Below, piece by piece: positions 41,379 through 52,016 of a stretch of DNA of 55,689 nucleotides. The stretch comes from an uncultured Prevotella sp. (GTDB lineage: Bacteria; Bacteroidota; Bacteroidia; Bacteroidales; Bacteroidaceae): contig CALBJK010000071.1 in assembly GCA_937892695.1 (NCBI GenBank), positions 1 through 55,689 on the forward strand. Direction: 5' to 3'. A model generated the notes under the pieces. It was given only the letters and a program-made list of their open reading frames with translations, was not told the DNA's origin and made no database searches. Each line of letters starts with the position of its first letter. Positions within the stretch are counted from its first letter, which is position 1. Made by a program: the position numbers and the translations under genes.

Positions 41379-43508
41379 ATGGATCAATTTACAAAGATAA
41401 TAGCAAGTGAGTTGTCGCTGCCGGAACGCAGCGTAGACAATACGCTCACATTGCTCGAAAATGGTTGCACCATACCATTTATCAGCCGTTACCGCAAAGA
41501 AATGACAGGAGGTTTGGACGAAGTACAGATAGAGAAGATAAGTCTGGCCAACGACAAGATGACAGAAATAGCCAAAAGGAAAGAGACTGTCACCGCAACA
41601 ATAAGCGAAGCAGGGAAAATGACTCCGGAACTGAGGAAACGGATAGACTGCTGCTGGGAAGCAGCCGAACTGGAAGACATATATCTACCCTACAAGCCCA
41701 AACGCCGTACCAAAGCGCAGGTAGCACGCGAACAAGGGCTTGAGCCTCTCGCCGCAATAATAATGCTGCAACGCGAGCAGCAACCCGACCGCGCAGCCGA
41801 AAGATTTGTAAAAGGAGAAGTAAAAGACATAGACGAAGCCATAAAGGGGGCACAGAACATAATTGCCGAGACCGTTAGCGAAGACGAACGATCGCGGCAG
41901 ACCCTAAGAAGGGAGTTCCGACACGAAGCCATTATTACATCAAAAGTAGTGAAAACAAAGGCCGGCACTGATGAAGCCGCAAAATATTCCGATTATTTCG
42001 ACTTAGCCGAACCGCTACGTCGCTGCTCTTCGCATAGGCTTCTGGCAATGCGACGGGGGGAAAGCGAGGGAATACTGAGGGTAAGCATTTCGGCCGACGA
42101 TGACAGATGCTGCGAACGTCTGCACCGAATGTTCGTCAATGGCCACGGACCGTGCAGCCGCCTTGTCGGTGAAGCCGTAGACGATTCATACAAGCGGCTG
42201 CTCAAACCGTCAATGGAAACCGAGTTTGCTGCACTGAGCAAACAGAAAGCAGACAGCGAGGCCATCGACGTGTTCGCAGATAATCTGCGCCAGCTGCTGC
42301 TATCATCACCTCTCGGCCAGAAACGTGTCATGGGCATAGATCCGGGATTCCGCACTGGATGTAAAATTGTGTGTCTGGATGCCCAAGGCAATCTGTTACA
42401 CCACGAAGCCATATTTCCGCATCCGCCAAAGAGCGACCGCATTATAGCCTCACGTCACGTCGTAAAAATGATAGAGCAATACGACATCGAGGCCGTAGCA
42501 ATAGGCAACGGAACTGCAAGCCGAGAGACAGCCGACTTCATAAAGAGTATCGACCTCGACAAGAGTATAAGAGTGTTTGTCGTAAGTGAAGACGGGGCTT
42601 CTGTCTATTCTGCATCCGAAACAGCACGTGAAGAGTTTCCCGACCAAGACGTTACGGTGCGCGGTGCCATATCGATAGGCAGAAGACTGATTGACCCTCT
42701 TGCCGAACTCGTGAAGATTGACCCGAAAAGCATAGGCGTAGGCCAGTACCAGCACGACGTAGACCAGAGCAAGCTGAAAGAACGGCTGGGAATGGTGGTC
42801 GAGAGTTGTGTCAACTCGGTAGGCGTAAACATCAATACGGCCAGCCGGCATCTGCTCACATACGTCAGTGGACTGAACACCACTACCGCCCAAAACATAG
42901 TAGAATACAGAAAGAAAAACGGAGTGTTCACCTCGCGCAGCCAGATAAAGAAAGTGCCACGTATCGGACCGGCCACATACGAGCAGTGTGCAGGATTCCT
43001 GCGCATACCCGAAGCAAAGAATCCACTCGACAACACGGCCGTGCATCCAGAAAGCTACGCCATAGTAGAACAAATGGCGCATGACTGTCACTGCACAGTG
43101 CCGCAACTGATAAACGACAAACAGCTGCAAAAGAGCATCAACCTCAGCCGATACGTCACCGATACCGTAGGTATGCCGACCCTGAACGACATTATGCAAG
43201 AACTCGACAAACCCGGACGTGACCCACGTACAGAAATAGAAGACTTCGAGTTCGACCAAAACGTCAAGACTCCCGACGACCTGCACGAAGGCATGGTGTT
43301 GCCCGGAATAGTGACAAACATAACCAACTTCGGAGCGTTCGTCGACATAGGCGTACACCAGGACGGACTTGTACACATATCACAAATGGCCGACCGGTAC
43401 GTGACCGACCCGACTGCAGTAGTCAAGCTACATCAGCACGTGAAGGTACGCGTGATAGAAGTCGACCGTAAACGAGGACGCATATCGCTCTCGATGAAAG
43501 GAATATGA
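41379..43508 (+). CDS. tex: Tex family transcription accessory protein with S1 domain
   Basis: TIPFISRYRKEMTG, LEDIYLPYKPKRRTKA, GIDPGFRTGCK, KSIGVGQYQHDV, FVDIGVHQDGLVHIS. Confidence 0.95.
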   Translation: MDQFTKIIASELSLPERSVDNTLTLLENGCTIPFISRYRKEMTGGLDEVQIEKISLANDKMTEIAKRKETVTATISEAGKMTPELRKRIDCCWEAAELEDIYLPYKPKRRTKAQVAREQGLEPLAAIIMLQREQQPDRAAERFVKGEVKDIDEAIKGAQNIIAETVSEDERSRQTLRREFRHEAIITSKVVKTKAGTDEAAKYSDYFDLAEPLRRCSSHRLLAMRRGESEGILRVSISADDDRCCERLHRMFVNGHGPCSRLVGEAVDDSYKRLLKPSMETEFAALSKQKADSEAIDVFADNLRQLLLSSPLGQKRVMGIDPGFRTGCKIVCLDAQGNLLHHEAIFPHPPKSDRIIASRHVVKMIEQYDIEAVAIGNGTASRETADFIKSIDLDKSIRVFVVSEDGASVYSASETAREEFPDQDVTVRGAISIGRRLIDPLAELVKIDPKSIGVGQYQHDVDQSKLKERLGMVVESCVNSVGVNINTASRHLLTYVSGLNTTTAQNIVEYRKKNGVFTSRSQIKKVPRIGPATYEQCAGFLRIPEAKNPLDNTAVHPESYAIVEQMAHDCHCTVPQLINDKQLQKSINLSRYVTDTVGMPTLNDIMQELDKPGRDPRTEIEDFEFDQNVKTPDDLHEGMVLPGIVTNITNFGAFVDIGVHQDGLVHISQMADRYVTDPTAVVKLHQHVKVRVIEVDRKRGRISLSMKGI

Positions 43509-43522
43509 TATAAACACGCGAA

Positions 43523-43548
43523 AGGCCGCAATCAGCAGATTGCGGCCT
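43523..43548. terminator. Hairpin between convergent tex and rplT
   Basis: AGGCCGCAATC-AGCA-GATTGCGGCCT perfect 11-bp stem. Confidence 0.7.
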
Positions 43549-43598
43549 CCTAATTGTTTTCAGCTCCACATATTTATTATGAAGCCGTAGACATTCGT

Positions 43599-43943
43599 TT
43601 ACTTTACTTTTTCCACGATAGCCTTGAAAGCCTCAGGATGGTTCACAGCGAGGTCGGCGAGAACCTTGCGGTTAATCTCAATACCGGCTTTGTGCAGAGC
43701 ACCCATCAGAGTAGAATAGCTCATGTTCTCCAGACGTGCGGCAGCATTGATACGCTGTATCCACAAAGCGCGGAAGCTGCGTTTCTTGGCACGACGGTCA
43801 CGATAGGCGTATGTGAGACCCTTTTCCCATGTATTCTTGGCTACGGTCCAAACATTCTTTCTTGCGCCATAGTAACCTCTGGTAAGTTTGAGGATTCTGG
43901 TTCTTCTTGCTTTAGAAGCAACGTGATTCACTGATCTTGGCAT
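43599..43943 (-). CDS. rplT: 50S ribosomal protein L20
   Basis: [31 protein letters not shown]. Confidence 0.98.
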   Translation of the reverse strand: MPRSVNHVASKARRTRILKLTRGYYGARKNVWTVAKNTWEKGLTYAYRDRRAKKRSFRALWIQRINAAARLENMSYSTLMGALHKAGIEINRKVLADLAVNHPEAFKAIVEKVK

Positions 43944-43978
43944 AGTTTTCTTTCTTTAAAATGTTTGACTAATAAAAA

Positions 43979-44176
43979 TTAACGCAGACGAAGCAAATCG
44001 CGGACCTGCTTGAGGTTGCTCGGATCAACAATGGCCTGGTGAACCAGATTTCTCTTCTGTTTCTTTGTTTTCTTAGTCAGAATGTGACTGTGGAAAGCGT
44101 GATGTCTCTTAATCTTTCCAGATCCGGTGAAACGGAATCTTTTCTTTGCACCGGAGTTCGTCTTCAACTTTGGCAT
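43979..44176 (-). CDS. rpmI: 50S ribosomal protein L35
   Basis: [30 protein letters not shown]. Confidence 0.98.
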   Translation of the reverse strand: MPKLKTNSGAKKRFRFTGSGKIKRHHAFHSHILTKKTKKQKRNLVHQAIVDPSNLKQVRDLLRLR

Positions 44177-44250
44177 TTTTTTGTTATTTAATTGTTGTTA
44201 TTTATGTGTGGCAACGCATATACCAGGCGTTACGCACATCGTCTTCATCT

Positions 44251-44937
44251 TTATTTCTCTCCGCCTTGCAGCTTTTTCAGAGCCTCAGCACTTATCTTAG
44301 CATTGGCTAAGAGATTGCCCCTTGACGGTGCTTCATTCTGTTCTGTTTTTGCCGAAGCCTTCTCTTCTGCCTCACGACGCTCACGATCCATCTTCTGCTG
44401 GCTCTTCTTAGCCACACCGGCCTTCTTAGGAGCCAGATAGAGGAACATCTTCTTACCGTCAAGCTTGGGCAACTGTTCTACTTTGGCATATTCCTCCAAG
44501 TCGTTGGCAAAACGCAGCAACAGGACTTCGCCTTGCTCTTTGAAGAGTATAGAACGGCCACGGAAGAACACGTATGCTCTGACCTTGTTACCTTCAGTAA
44601 GGAATTCCTTGGCATGTTTGAGCTTAAAATTATAGTCGTGTTCGTCGGTCTGCGGTCCGAACCTTATTTCCTTTATATCCACCTTCACCTGCTTAGCCTT
44701 CATTTCTTTGGCATGTTTCTTCTGCTGGTAAAGGAACTTGCTATAGTCGATAAGACGACAAACTGGAGGTTGGGCGTTAGGAGAAATCTCTACGAGATCC
44801 ACTCCCTGCTGCCGGGCCATATCCATAGCCTGACGGGTAGACATTACGGTCGAGCCTTCGTTTCCAACAATACGTACTTCCCTCACGCGAATCTGTTCAT
44901 TCACGCGGTACTGATTCTTCATTTTGTCATTCTTCAT
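44251..44937 (-). CDS. infC: Translation initiation factor IF-3 with C-terminal extension
   Basis: [37 protein letters not shown]; upstream of rpmI-rplT. Confidence 0.97.
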   Translation of the reverse strand: MKNDKMKNQYRVNEQIRVREVRIVGNEGSTVMSTRQAMDMARQQGVDLVEISPNAQPPVCRLIDYSKFLYQQKKHAKEMKAKQVKVDIKEIRFGPQTDEHDYNFKLKHAKEFLTEGNKVRAYVFFRGRSILFKEQGEVLLLRFANDLEEYAKVEQLPKLDGKKMFLYLAPKKAGVAKKSQQKMDRERREAEEKASAKTEQNEAPSRGNLLANAKISAEALKKLQGGEK

Positions 44938-44962
44938 TCAACTGTTTTATGATAAGCGGATG

Positions 44963-44993
44963 CAAAGTTACCATATTTCGGGCAAACGCCAAA
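44963..44993 (-). promoter_or_regulatory. Promoter of infC-rpmI-rplT
   Basis: Minus strand TTTG (44990-44993), 19-nt spacer, TAACTTTG (44963-44970). Confidence 0.8.
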
Positions 44994-45137
44994 GAGTTTT
45001 CCTAAACTTTTTCGACATAAACCGCATGAAAACACAACATAATATACTGTGCGAACAAAATAAGCATGATTCTCACTTATACTATTGCCTGTTCCAGATA
45101 AAATTCATAATTTTGCAACGCAAAAGAAATACGGACT

Positions 45138-45746
45138 ATGAAGTTGGCAATAATGACCAAATCCACATTCTTTGTGGAAGAAGACAAGATTCTGACAACG
45201 CTCTTCGACGAGGGGATGGACAATCTCCACCTGTACAAGCCCGGAACGCCACCCATTTACTCTGAGAGACTGCTGTCGCTCATATCCGAAGATTATTACA
45301 AGAAAATCACTGTACACGACCATTTTTATCTTAAAGAAGAGTACGGGCTGTACGGCATACATCTCGACACACCCCAGACGGTGTTGCCGTCTGGGTATCG
45401 CGGTCGTATTGGCCGTACATGCACAGACATTTCAGAATTGCGTGATATGAAGCGGCTATCCAACTATGTATTCCTTGGCAATATATTTGACAGCATTTCC
45501 GACCCGGCTGTAAAGTCGCGGTTCACTCTGACGCAGCTCGAAAAAGCAGCACAAGAAGGTCTGATAGACAGGAAGGTCTATGCCATGGGAGGTATGGACT
45601 GTGACAATGTACGTATTATAAAAGATTTTGGATTTGGAGGAATCGTCATTAGAGGAGATATCTGGAAACGGTTTGATATCCACAATCAGACAGACTACAA
45701 GGAGCTACTCAACCACTTTGAGAAATTAAGGAACATAATAAATTAA
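45138..45746 (+). CDS. Thiamine phosphate synthase / TenI family protein (divergent)
   Basis: LHLYKP, ITVHDHF, GIHL, YVFLGNIFDSIS, VYAMGG; -7 box TAATTTTG at 45108-45115. Confidence 0.75.
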   Translation: MKLAIMTKSTFFVEEDKILTTLFDEGMDNLHLYKPGTPPIYSERLLSLISEDYYKKITVHDHFYLKEEYGLYGIHLDTPQTVLPSGYRGRIGRTCTDISELRDMKRLSNYVFLGNIFDSISDPAVKSRFTLTQLEKAAQEGLIDRKVYAMGGMDCDNVRIIKDFGFGGIVIRGDIWKRFDIHNQTDYKELLNHFEKLRNIIN

Positions 45747-45765
45747 ATACTAACAAGATAATACA

Positions 45766-46704
45766 ATGAGTGAAAAAAACTCTTTTCTGGTTTTCTCGGG
45801 TACAAGCACGAGATACCTTGCAGAAAAAATCTGCGCCAACTTGGGCTGTTCCCTCGGCAACCTGCTAGTCACACGGTTCTCTGACGGAGAGTTTGCCGTT
45901 TCCTACGAAGAGTCGATTCGCGGACGCGATGTGTTCCTCGTGCAAAGCACGTTCCCAAATTCTGACAATCTGATGGAGCTGCTTCTGATGATTGACGCAG
46001 CGAAGAGAGCTTCTGCACGCCACATTATTGCCGTCATCCCTTATTTCGGATGGGCACGACAAGACCGCAAGGATAAGCCTCGCGTAAGCATAGGTGCCAA
46101 ACTTGTTGCCGACCTGCTTAGTGCAGCCGGAATAAACAGACTGATTACTATGGATCTGCACGCCGACCAGATACAGGGTTTCTTCAATGTTCCCGTCGAC
46201 CACCTCTACGCTTCTGGAGTATTGCTGCCTTATATGCAAAGCTTGCGCATAAAGAATCTGGTAGTAGCATCACCTGACGTAGGCGGTTCGAAGCGCGCCA
46301 GCACATTCGCAAAATATCTAGGATGTCCGCTCGTGCTTTGCAACAAGACCAGAGCACGTGCCAACGTTGTGGAAAGCATACAGATTATCGGTGATGTCAA
46401 AGACAAAAATGTCATCGTTGTCGATGACATGGTGGACACAGCCGGAACAATAACCAAGGCGGCCGACGTCATGAAGGCTGCAGGAGCATTAAGCGTAAGA
46501 GCATGCGCCTCCCACTGCGTGATGAGCGGGCCGGCGTCAGAGCGTGTACAGAATTCGTCGCTCGAAGAAATCGTTTTCACCGACTCCATACCCTACTCCA
46601 ACCGTTGTGCAAAAGTGAAGCAGCTGTCCGTAGCCGGAATGTTTGCCGAAACAATACGGCGCATCGTGTCCAACCAGAGCATCAGCTCACAGTATCTCGT
46701 ATAA
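45766..46704 (+). CDS. prs: Ribose-phosphate pyrophosphokinase
   Basis: FSDGE, PYFGWARQDRK, DLHADQIQGFF, SPDVGG, VDDMVDTAGT. Confidence 0.97.
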   Translation: MSEKNSFLVFSGTSTRYLAEKICANLGCSLGNLLVTRFSDGEFAVSYEESIRGRDVFLVQSTFPNSDNLMELLLMIDAAKRASARHIIAVIPYFGWARQDRKDKPRVSIGAKLVADLLSAAGINRLITMDLHADQIQGFFNVPVDHLYASGVLLPYMQSLRIKNLVVASPDVGGSKRASTFAKYLGCPLVLCNKTRARANVVESIQIIGDVKDKNVIVVDDMVDTAGTITKAADVMKAAGALSVRACASHCVMSGPASERVQNSSLEEIVFTDSIPYSNRCAKVKQLSVAGMFAETIRRIVSNQSISSQYLV

Positions 46705-46760
46705 GGAGAAAACGGGCAAGGTAGTTCAAAAAACGCGGACACCTATATTATAAATAATGT

Positions 46761-46812
46761 AGCAAGCGGGAGCCGGATGCTGTTAATCTCAGCACGACTC
46801 CCGCTTGCTTTT
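46761..46812 (+). terminator. Terminator after prs
   Basis: AGCAAGCGGGAG / CTCCCGCTTGCT stem followed by Ts. Confidence 0.8.
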
Positions 46813-46900
46813 ACTGACATCGGAACGGTATGCACCGCACAGACGCGACCGCGACGATAGTATAAGAAAACCGACAAACAGAACAATTTTTCTTCGGCAT

Positions 46901-46988
46901 TCTAATATGCCCATTTCCATGCTCTAATATGCCGCATATCAGCGTCTGAAACGCGGCTTTTCTGCGTCCGAAATGCCGCATTTTGTAA
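46901..46988. repeat. Degenerate 22-bp-period tandem repeat array (four units), related to 6386-6517
   Basis: Units tctaatatgcccatttccatgc / tctaatatgccgcatatcagcg / tctgaaacgcggcttttctgcg / tccgaaatgccgcattttgtaa; shares AATATGCCGCAT with the first array. Confidence 0.75.
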
Positions 46989-47133
46989 TGAGGTATCGCC
47001 TATCACACAACTCGCTGACAATCAGCCGAATAAAAAACATACCAGAAATTTCAATGAAAACAGTTTTGTTCGCAAATAGAACAATTTTGAGAAGCTGCAC
47101 CATTGGATTCTATGCACTGCATATTTTGAGAAC

Positions 47134-47727
47134 ATGAATACAGCAATCAACTTATCTATAAAAGTGAAACAACATCTAAGCACAATCATCATCGCCTTAG
47201 CGGCGACAACCATGCTGGCCTTTGCATCGTGCAAGGACACAACGGCCAAACACGCACCGACGCAACATGAAAACAACGACACTGCCAAGGCCGAAGCGAA
47301 AACTATTCCGGATATAGAATTGCCAGATTTCGACCGCAACAACATCAGTCTGCTTACCGAAGCAGCCAAGCACACACTGACAATTGTAGATTTCTGGGCC
47401 AGTTGGTGCGGACCGTGCCGTGCCGAGATTCCAGGACTTGTCAGTCTCTATAGAAAGGAGAAAAACAAGGGACTAGGAATAGTGGGAATATCGCTCGATT
47501 CCGACTATCACGCATGGCGGCAAGCCGTAAGTGACAATAAAATGACCTGGACACACATGTGCGACCTGCGCGGATGGGACAGCTATGCAGTCCAGACATA
47601 CGGAATCAGTTCAATTCCACAGACTTTTGTAATAGACAGTAAAGGTGCTCTTCTCGCGACTGGACTGCGTGGCAAAGAACTTGCACAGTTCGTGACTGAA
47701 CGTCTGGATAAGACAAAAAGGAAATAA
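47134..47727 (+). CDS. TlpA-like thiol-disulfide oxidoreductase lipoprotein
   Basis: Lipobox FASC; VDFWASWCGPCR, IVGISLD, SIPQTFVID. Start may be the GTG at 47164. Confidence 0.9.
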   Translation: MNTAINLSIKVKQHLSTIIIALAATTMLAFASCKDTTAKHAPTQHENNDTAKAEAKTIPDIELPDFDRNNISLLTEAAKHTLTIVDFWASWCGPCRAEIPGLVSLYRKEKNKGLGIVGISLDSDYHAWRQAVSDNKMTWTHMCDLRGWDSYAVQTYGISSIPQTFVIDSKGALLATGLRGKELAQFVTERLDKTKRK

Positions 47728-47786
47728 AACAAGCTTATATCATCAGATAGTTTTACATTCCATGGTTTGCCTGTCTTATACCGTTG

Positions 47787-49157
47787 TCATTTTTCTATAA
47801 GTTCCATCACATACACTGGCTGTGGCTCAAACTTCACACTCTTCTCCCCGTCGCGCTGTTTGGTATGCTGAACAAATAGACAAAGCCTATGGCTGTCGTC
47901 CCACAGAGAAGTATCGTGAGAGGGTTCCCATGCATCTACGGCAAAGCGCGTGAGGTCGCGTATCTGCCAGTCGTTGCCAGCAAAGTCGCTCGTATAGGCA
48001 ACAGAAACTTTACTTCCTCGTTCCTCGTCGCGGAAGATGTAGAACATACGTTTGCCTTGGACTACTATGCGCGGACGTGCTATCGGTATCATTTTTGTAC
48101 CTCCGCCAGTAAGGGAGAACGGGGTCTTGCGATGAAATACTATTTTATTTTGCCACTTCCATCCGTCATACCAGACGAGCCGGTATTGAGGAATGTCCGA
48201 GTCGGCATCACGCCAGTATGTAGCTATGTAAGGATGTCCGGCTTCGTCAGTAGCCATGCTGGTCTGGTTTATAAGTTCTGCGTTCTGGGGTATGCGTACG
48301 CAATATTCGGCATTGCCAGCCTTTATAGGCAAGTCATATTTGGTACCGTCGGTTTTATACCAAGTCTTGCCGTTGTCGTAAGATCGTGCATAACAAAGGT
48401 CATGGTTGGTCTCGACATGCCAAGTCTCACGCCACACCCACGACAGATGGATTACCCCTTTCTTGTCAACGTACATCTGCCAATAAGCATTGCGCTTGCC
48501 CTCGCCGTCAATAAGCACATCCTGAACTCTCGACCATTTTCGCATTTTCACGTCGTAACGGTTGAGAATCAAATTGCCATGACCGGAACTGCCCGAACGG
48601 TAGTTGAACAGTAAGTCTCCTCCGCGAAGAGCATAAAAGCAAGGATAAGTAACCTTGTTTTCGTCGACACCAGTCATTGGCTCTTTGTCGCCGAGCTGAA
48701 GCGAATAAGGTGCTACACTGCGACAATAGTTGAGACGACCGTCATGGTGGTCGAACGAAACATGGACATAGCCGTCACCATCGAGTATCAAGCTTGCTAC
48801 ATTGTGAGCATCTTTCACATTGCCCTTATACTGTGAACGGAGAGTTTCCCATTGGTCTTTACCCAGCCGACGGCGACCCATCACAAGATAGCCGTCCGGA
48901 TCGTAATAGCAGACAAACTGCCAACCGTTCTTCGAAGCTATAGAATTGTTACGGAAAACTGTCGTATTGACCGATGTTTCGCTATATCCCATGCCTACTT
49001 TGCTGAGATTCACCTTGTAATATATCTTCTTCAACTTTTTTGAAGATGCAGGAGAAACGAACAGAAATGCAACCGCTAAAACCGTGATGCCCAAAGTTGT
49101 CATACGTACCCAAGATAAAGGGTTATTGGTTTTAAGTACTTTATTGAACATTGTCAT
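47787..49157 (-). CDS. BNR-4 repeat beta-propeller protein, probable PL42/GH145-like enzyme
   Basis: GYSETSVNTTVFRN, KDAHN, HVSFDHH, VTYP, RNAYWQ, VETNHDLCYARS..GKTW, LINQTSM. A -7 box TACCTTTG (minus, 49182-49189) places the start at or after 49157. Confidence 0.75.
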   Translation of the reverse strand: MTMFNKVLKTNNPLSWVRMTTLGITVLAVAFLFVSPASSKKLKKIYYKVNLSKVGMGYSETSVNTTVFRNNSIASKNGWQFVCYYDPDGYLVMGRRRLGKDQWETLRSQYKGNVKDAHNVASLILDGDGYVHVSFDHHDGRLNYCRSVAPYSLQLGDKEPMTGVDENKVTYPCFYALRGGDLLFNYRSGSSGHGNLILNRYDVKMRKWSRVQDVLIDGEGKRNAYWQMYVDKKGVIHLSWVWRETWHVETNHDLCYARSYDNGKTWYKTDGTKYDLPIKAGNAEYCVRIPQNAELINQTSMATDEAGHPYIATYWRDADSDIPQYRLVWYDGWKWQNKIVFHRKTPFSLTGGGTKMIPIARPRIVVQGKRMFYIFRDEERGSKVSVAYTSDFAGNDWQIRDLTRFAVDAWEPSHDTSLWDDSHRLCLFVQHTKQRDGEKSVKFEPQPVYVMELIEK

Positions 49158-49328
49158 TAAACTGATTTTAATTACGACGTACAAAGGTAAATAAAAAAGT
49201 AGAAACAAGATGCAGTAAAGTCAGGCAACTGTTCATTTTGACATAAAAACAGAACTGTTGAAACATTAGGCTACATTGTTTGACAACATGACGTTTTACA
49301 TCTGGAAACATACAGCAACACACAGAAC

Positions 49329-49362
49329 AAAAAATCCCGACTCGAAATCGAGCCGGGTATTT
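49329..49362 (-). terminator. Terminator after glgP
   Basis: CCCGACTCGA / TCGAGCCGGG stem with an A run on the plus strand (U run on the transcript). Confidence 0.7.
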
Positions 49363-49389
49363 ATAACTATGAAAAAATCTCGTAACACC

Positions 49390-51945
49390 TTAGTCAAGCC
49401 ACTTAACATAGCAGAAGTCCTGACGATGGGGCAGTTCCTTATTCTTCGGGAACATGCGTACACATGTCTTGTACGATCCGGCAATGTCCGGCTCAACAAC
49501 GACCTCGAAGGTATAGAGGTTGCCGTCACGCTTCACCATATCGAACTCGCGCACACGGAACACACGCTCAGCATCGTTCTTGTCGTCTTTCATAGACACC
49601 AGTTCCAGACCTACTGCATCGTTAAGCCCTTGTTCATCAATAACGTATCGGATCGTATATTTATTACCTGTAGCTGCATCGCTGAGTATCGAGTCGTCCT
49701 TGGATACGACCCTTATGGTGTCCCAACGCTCGGCAACAGTCTCCTTCCATTGTGCCAGTTCTTTTGCCAGACGGTTGTCGTTGGCTACAAGCTTGTGGAA
49801 ACGCGCGGCCTGACGGTTATAGAACTTCGAGTAGTAGTCGTCGAGCTGACGTTTCATCGTGTAGTGCGGAGCGATTGTAGCGATAGAGTTCTTGATGGTC
49901 TTCACCCATCCTTCACTGTAGCCGTCCTTATTGCGGTCGTAGTATAGAGGCACGATGTCGTTTTCGAGCAGACTGTAAATGGTGGCAGCGTCGAGCTGAT
50001 CCTGATATGTCTGGTTTTCATACGTCTTTTTCTGAGGCAAAGCCCAACCGGCACCTTTACGGTAGCCCTCAACCCACCATCCGTCGAGGACGGAAAGGTT
50101 CACAACACCGTTCATTTCACACTTCTCGCCTGACGTTCCGGATGCTTCAAGCGGACGTGTCGGTGTATTCATCCAGATATCCACACCCGAAACAAGACGA
50201 CGTGCCAGCTGCATGTCATAGTCTTCGAGGAAGATTATCTTTCCGAGGAACTCAGGACGGCGGCTGATTTCAAATATCTGCTTGATTAGTCCCTGACCTG
50301 CCCCATCTGCAGGATGAGCCTTACCTGAGAAAATGAACTGGACAGGACGCTCCGGATTGTTCACAATTTTAGACAGGCGATCAATGTCCGTGAAGAGAAG
50401 ATGGGCACGCTTGTAAGTTGCGAAACGACGGCAGAATCCGATCATAAGAGCGTTGGTGTTGATGCTTTCAAACAGCGAAACCACACGCGACGGATCCCCC
50501 TGGTTCTTCAGCCATGTTTCGGAGAACTTCTCGCGGATATAGTCGACGAGCTTCTTCTTCAGCGTCATTCTTGTCTGCCAGATTTCATCATCTGGCACAT
50601 TGTAGATAGCATGCCATATTTTCTCGTTGCTCTGGTCGTCGATGAAACTTTCGTCAAAGTATTTTGCGTATAGCTTGCGCCATTCGGTAGCCGTCCATGT
50701 CGGAAAGTGTACACCGTTAGTAACGTAGCCTACATGGTTTTCCTCTGGATAATATCCTTTCCAGATAGGGGCGAACATCTGCTGGCTGACCCACCCATGG
50801 AGCTTGCTCACGCCGTTCACTTCCTGACAGGTGTTGCAAGCGAAGACTGACATACAGAACTGCTCAGAATGGTCGTCAGGATTCTGACGGCCCATACCGA
50901 TGAATTCATCCCAAGAGATTCCGAGGATAGATGGGTATCCGCCCATATACTTGCCGAAGAGCGACTCGTCGAAATAGTCATGACCAGCCGGTACCGGAGT
51001 ATGACAAGTGTAAAGCCCCGAAGCACGCACCAGTTCTATAGCTTGATTGAAGGTAAGCCCGTCGCGTATATAGTCGCACAGACGCTGCAGGTTGCATAGA
51101 GCTGCGTGACCCTCGTTACAATGGTATATGTCTTTCTTTATACCGAGCTTCTTCAGCATCAATATTCCTCCCATACCAAGGAGAATCTCCTGTTTCAGAC
51201 GGTTCTCGTTGTCACCGCCATAAAGCGAAGCCGTAATCGGGCGGTCGTACTGGGAGTTCATGTCGTTGTCGGTATCGAGCAGATAGAGCTTTATGCGCCC
51301 TACATTCACTCTCCAGACATAAGCGTGTACCTCATAATTCATATAAGGCACATCAACAATCATTTGATTTCCGTTCTCATCAAGTTCTTTCTCAATAGGC
51401 AGTGAATTGAAGTTCTGTGCCTCGTACTGAGCGATTTGCTGTCCCTCCATATTGAGAGACTGCTTGAAATAGCCGTAACGATAAAGGAAACCTACGCCAC
51501 ACATGTCGACATTGCTGTCGGAAGCCTCTTTCAGATAGTCACCGGCCAATATGCCGAGACCGCCTGAATAGATTTTGAGTACTTGGTTAAGACCGTATTC
51601 CATGCAAAAATAAGCCACAGAAGGACGGGAAGAATCCGGTTTCTGATCCATGTACTCACGGAATTTACTGTACACGTCGTGTACTCGACTCATGAGGACT
51701 TTATCATTTACGATGGCCTCTTTACGGTCATAACTGAGACGTTCAAGCAAGAGGACCGGATTCTGGTTGACTTCCTCATAAAGGTCGGCATCCAGGCTTT
51801 CCCATAAATCGCGGGCCTCGTAGTTCCATGCCCACCACAGATTGTGAGCCAGCTCATCAAGACATTTAAGCTGTTCGGGAAGCGTAGACCTTACAGACAT
51901 CTCTTTCCAATGAGGTTCATTGGTGTAATCTGCTTTAATTTTCAT
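49390..51945 (-). CDS. glgP: Alpha-glucan (glycogen) phosphorylase, GT35
   Basis: [45 protein letters not shown]. Confidence 0.95.
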   Translation of the reverse strand: MKIKADYTNEPHWKEMSVRSTLPEQLKCLDELAHNLWWAWNYEARDLWESLDADLYEEVNQNPVLLLERLSYDRKEAIVNDKVLMSRVHDVYSKFREYMDQKPDSSRPSVAYFCMEYGLNQVLKIYSGGLGILAGDYLKEASDSNVDMCGVGFLYRYGYFKQSLNMEGQQIAQYEAQNFNSLPIEKELDENGNQMIVDVPYMNYEVHAYVWRVNVGRIKLYLLDTDNDMNSQYDRPITASLYGGDNENRLKQEILLGMGGILMLKKLGIKKDIYHCNEGHAALCNLQRLCDYIRDGLTFNQAIELVRASGLYTCHTPVPAGHDYFDESLFGKYMGGYPSILGISWDEFIGMGRQNPDDHSEQFCMSVFACNTCQEVNGVSKLHGWVSQQMFAPIWKGYYPEENHVGYVTNGVHFPTWTATEWRKLYAKYFDESFIDDQSNEKIWHAIYNVPDDEIWQTRMTLKKKLVDYIREKFSETWLKNQGDPSRVVSLFESINTNALMIGFCRRFATYKRAHLLFTDIDRLSKIVNNPERPVQFIFSGKAHPADGAGQGLIKQIFEISRRPEFLGKIIFLEDYDMQLARRLVSGVDIWMNTPTRPLEASGTSGEKCEMNGVVNLSVLDGWWVEGYRKGAGWALPQKKTYENQTYQDQLDAATIYSLLENDIVPLYYDRNKDGYSEGWVKTIKNSIATIAPHYTMKRQLDDYYSKFYNRQAARFHKLVANDNRLAKELAQWKETVAERWDTIRVVSKDDSILSDAATGNKYTIRYVIDEQGLNDAVGLELVSMKDDKNDAERVFRVREFDMVKRDGNLYTFEVVVEPDIAGSYKTCVRMFPKNKELPHRQDFCYVKWLD

Positions 51946-52016
51946 AATGATTATTTTGCTAAATTATAAGTTTCTCGTTTTTTGTATGTTATATACACAT
52001 TTAGAATAGTTCAAAA

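Noticed and set aside
41197..41400. 67-aa ORF or riboswitch in the tex leader
   Set aside because: The ORF start overlaps the -7 promoter box; only weak pairing is visible and I recognise no riboswitch consensus.
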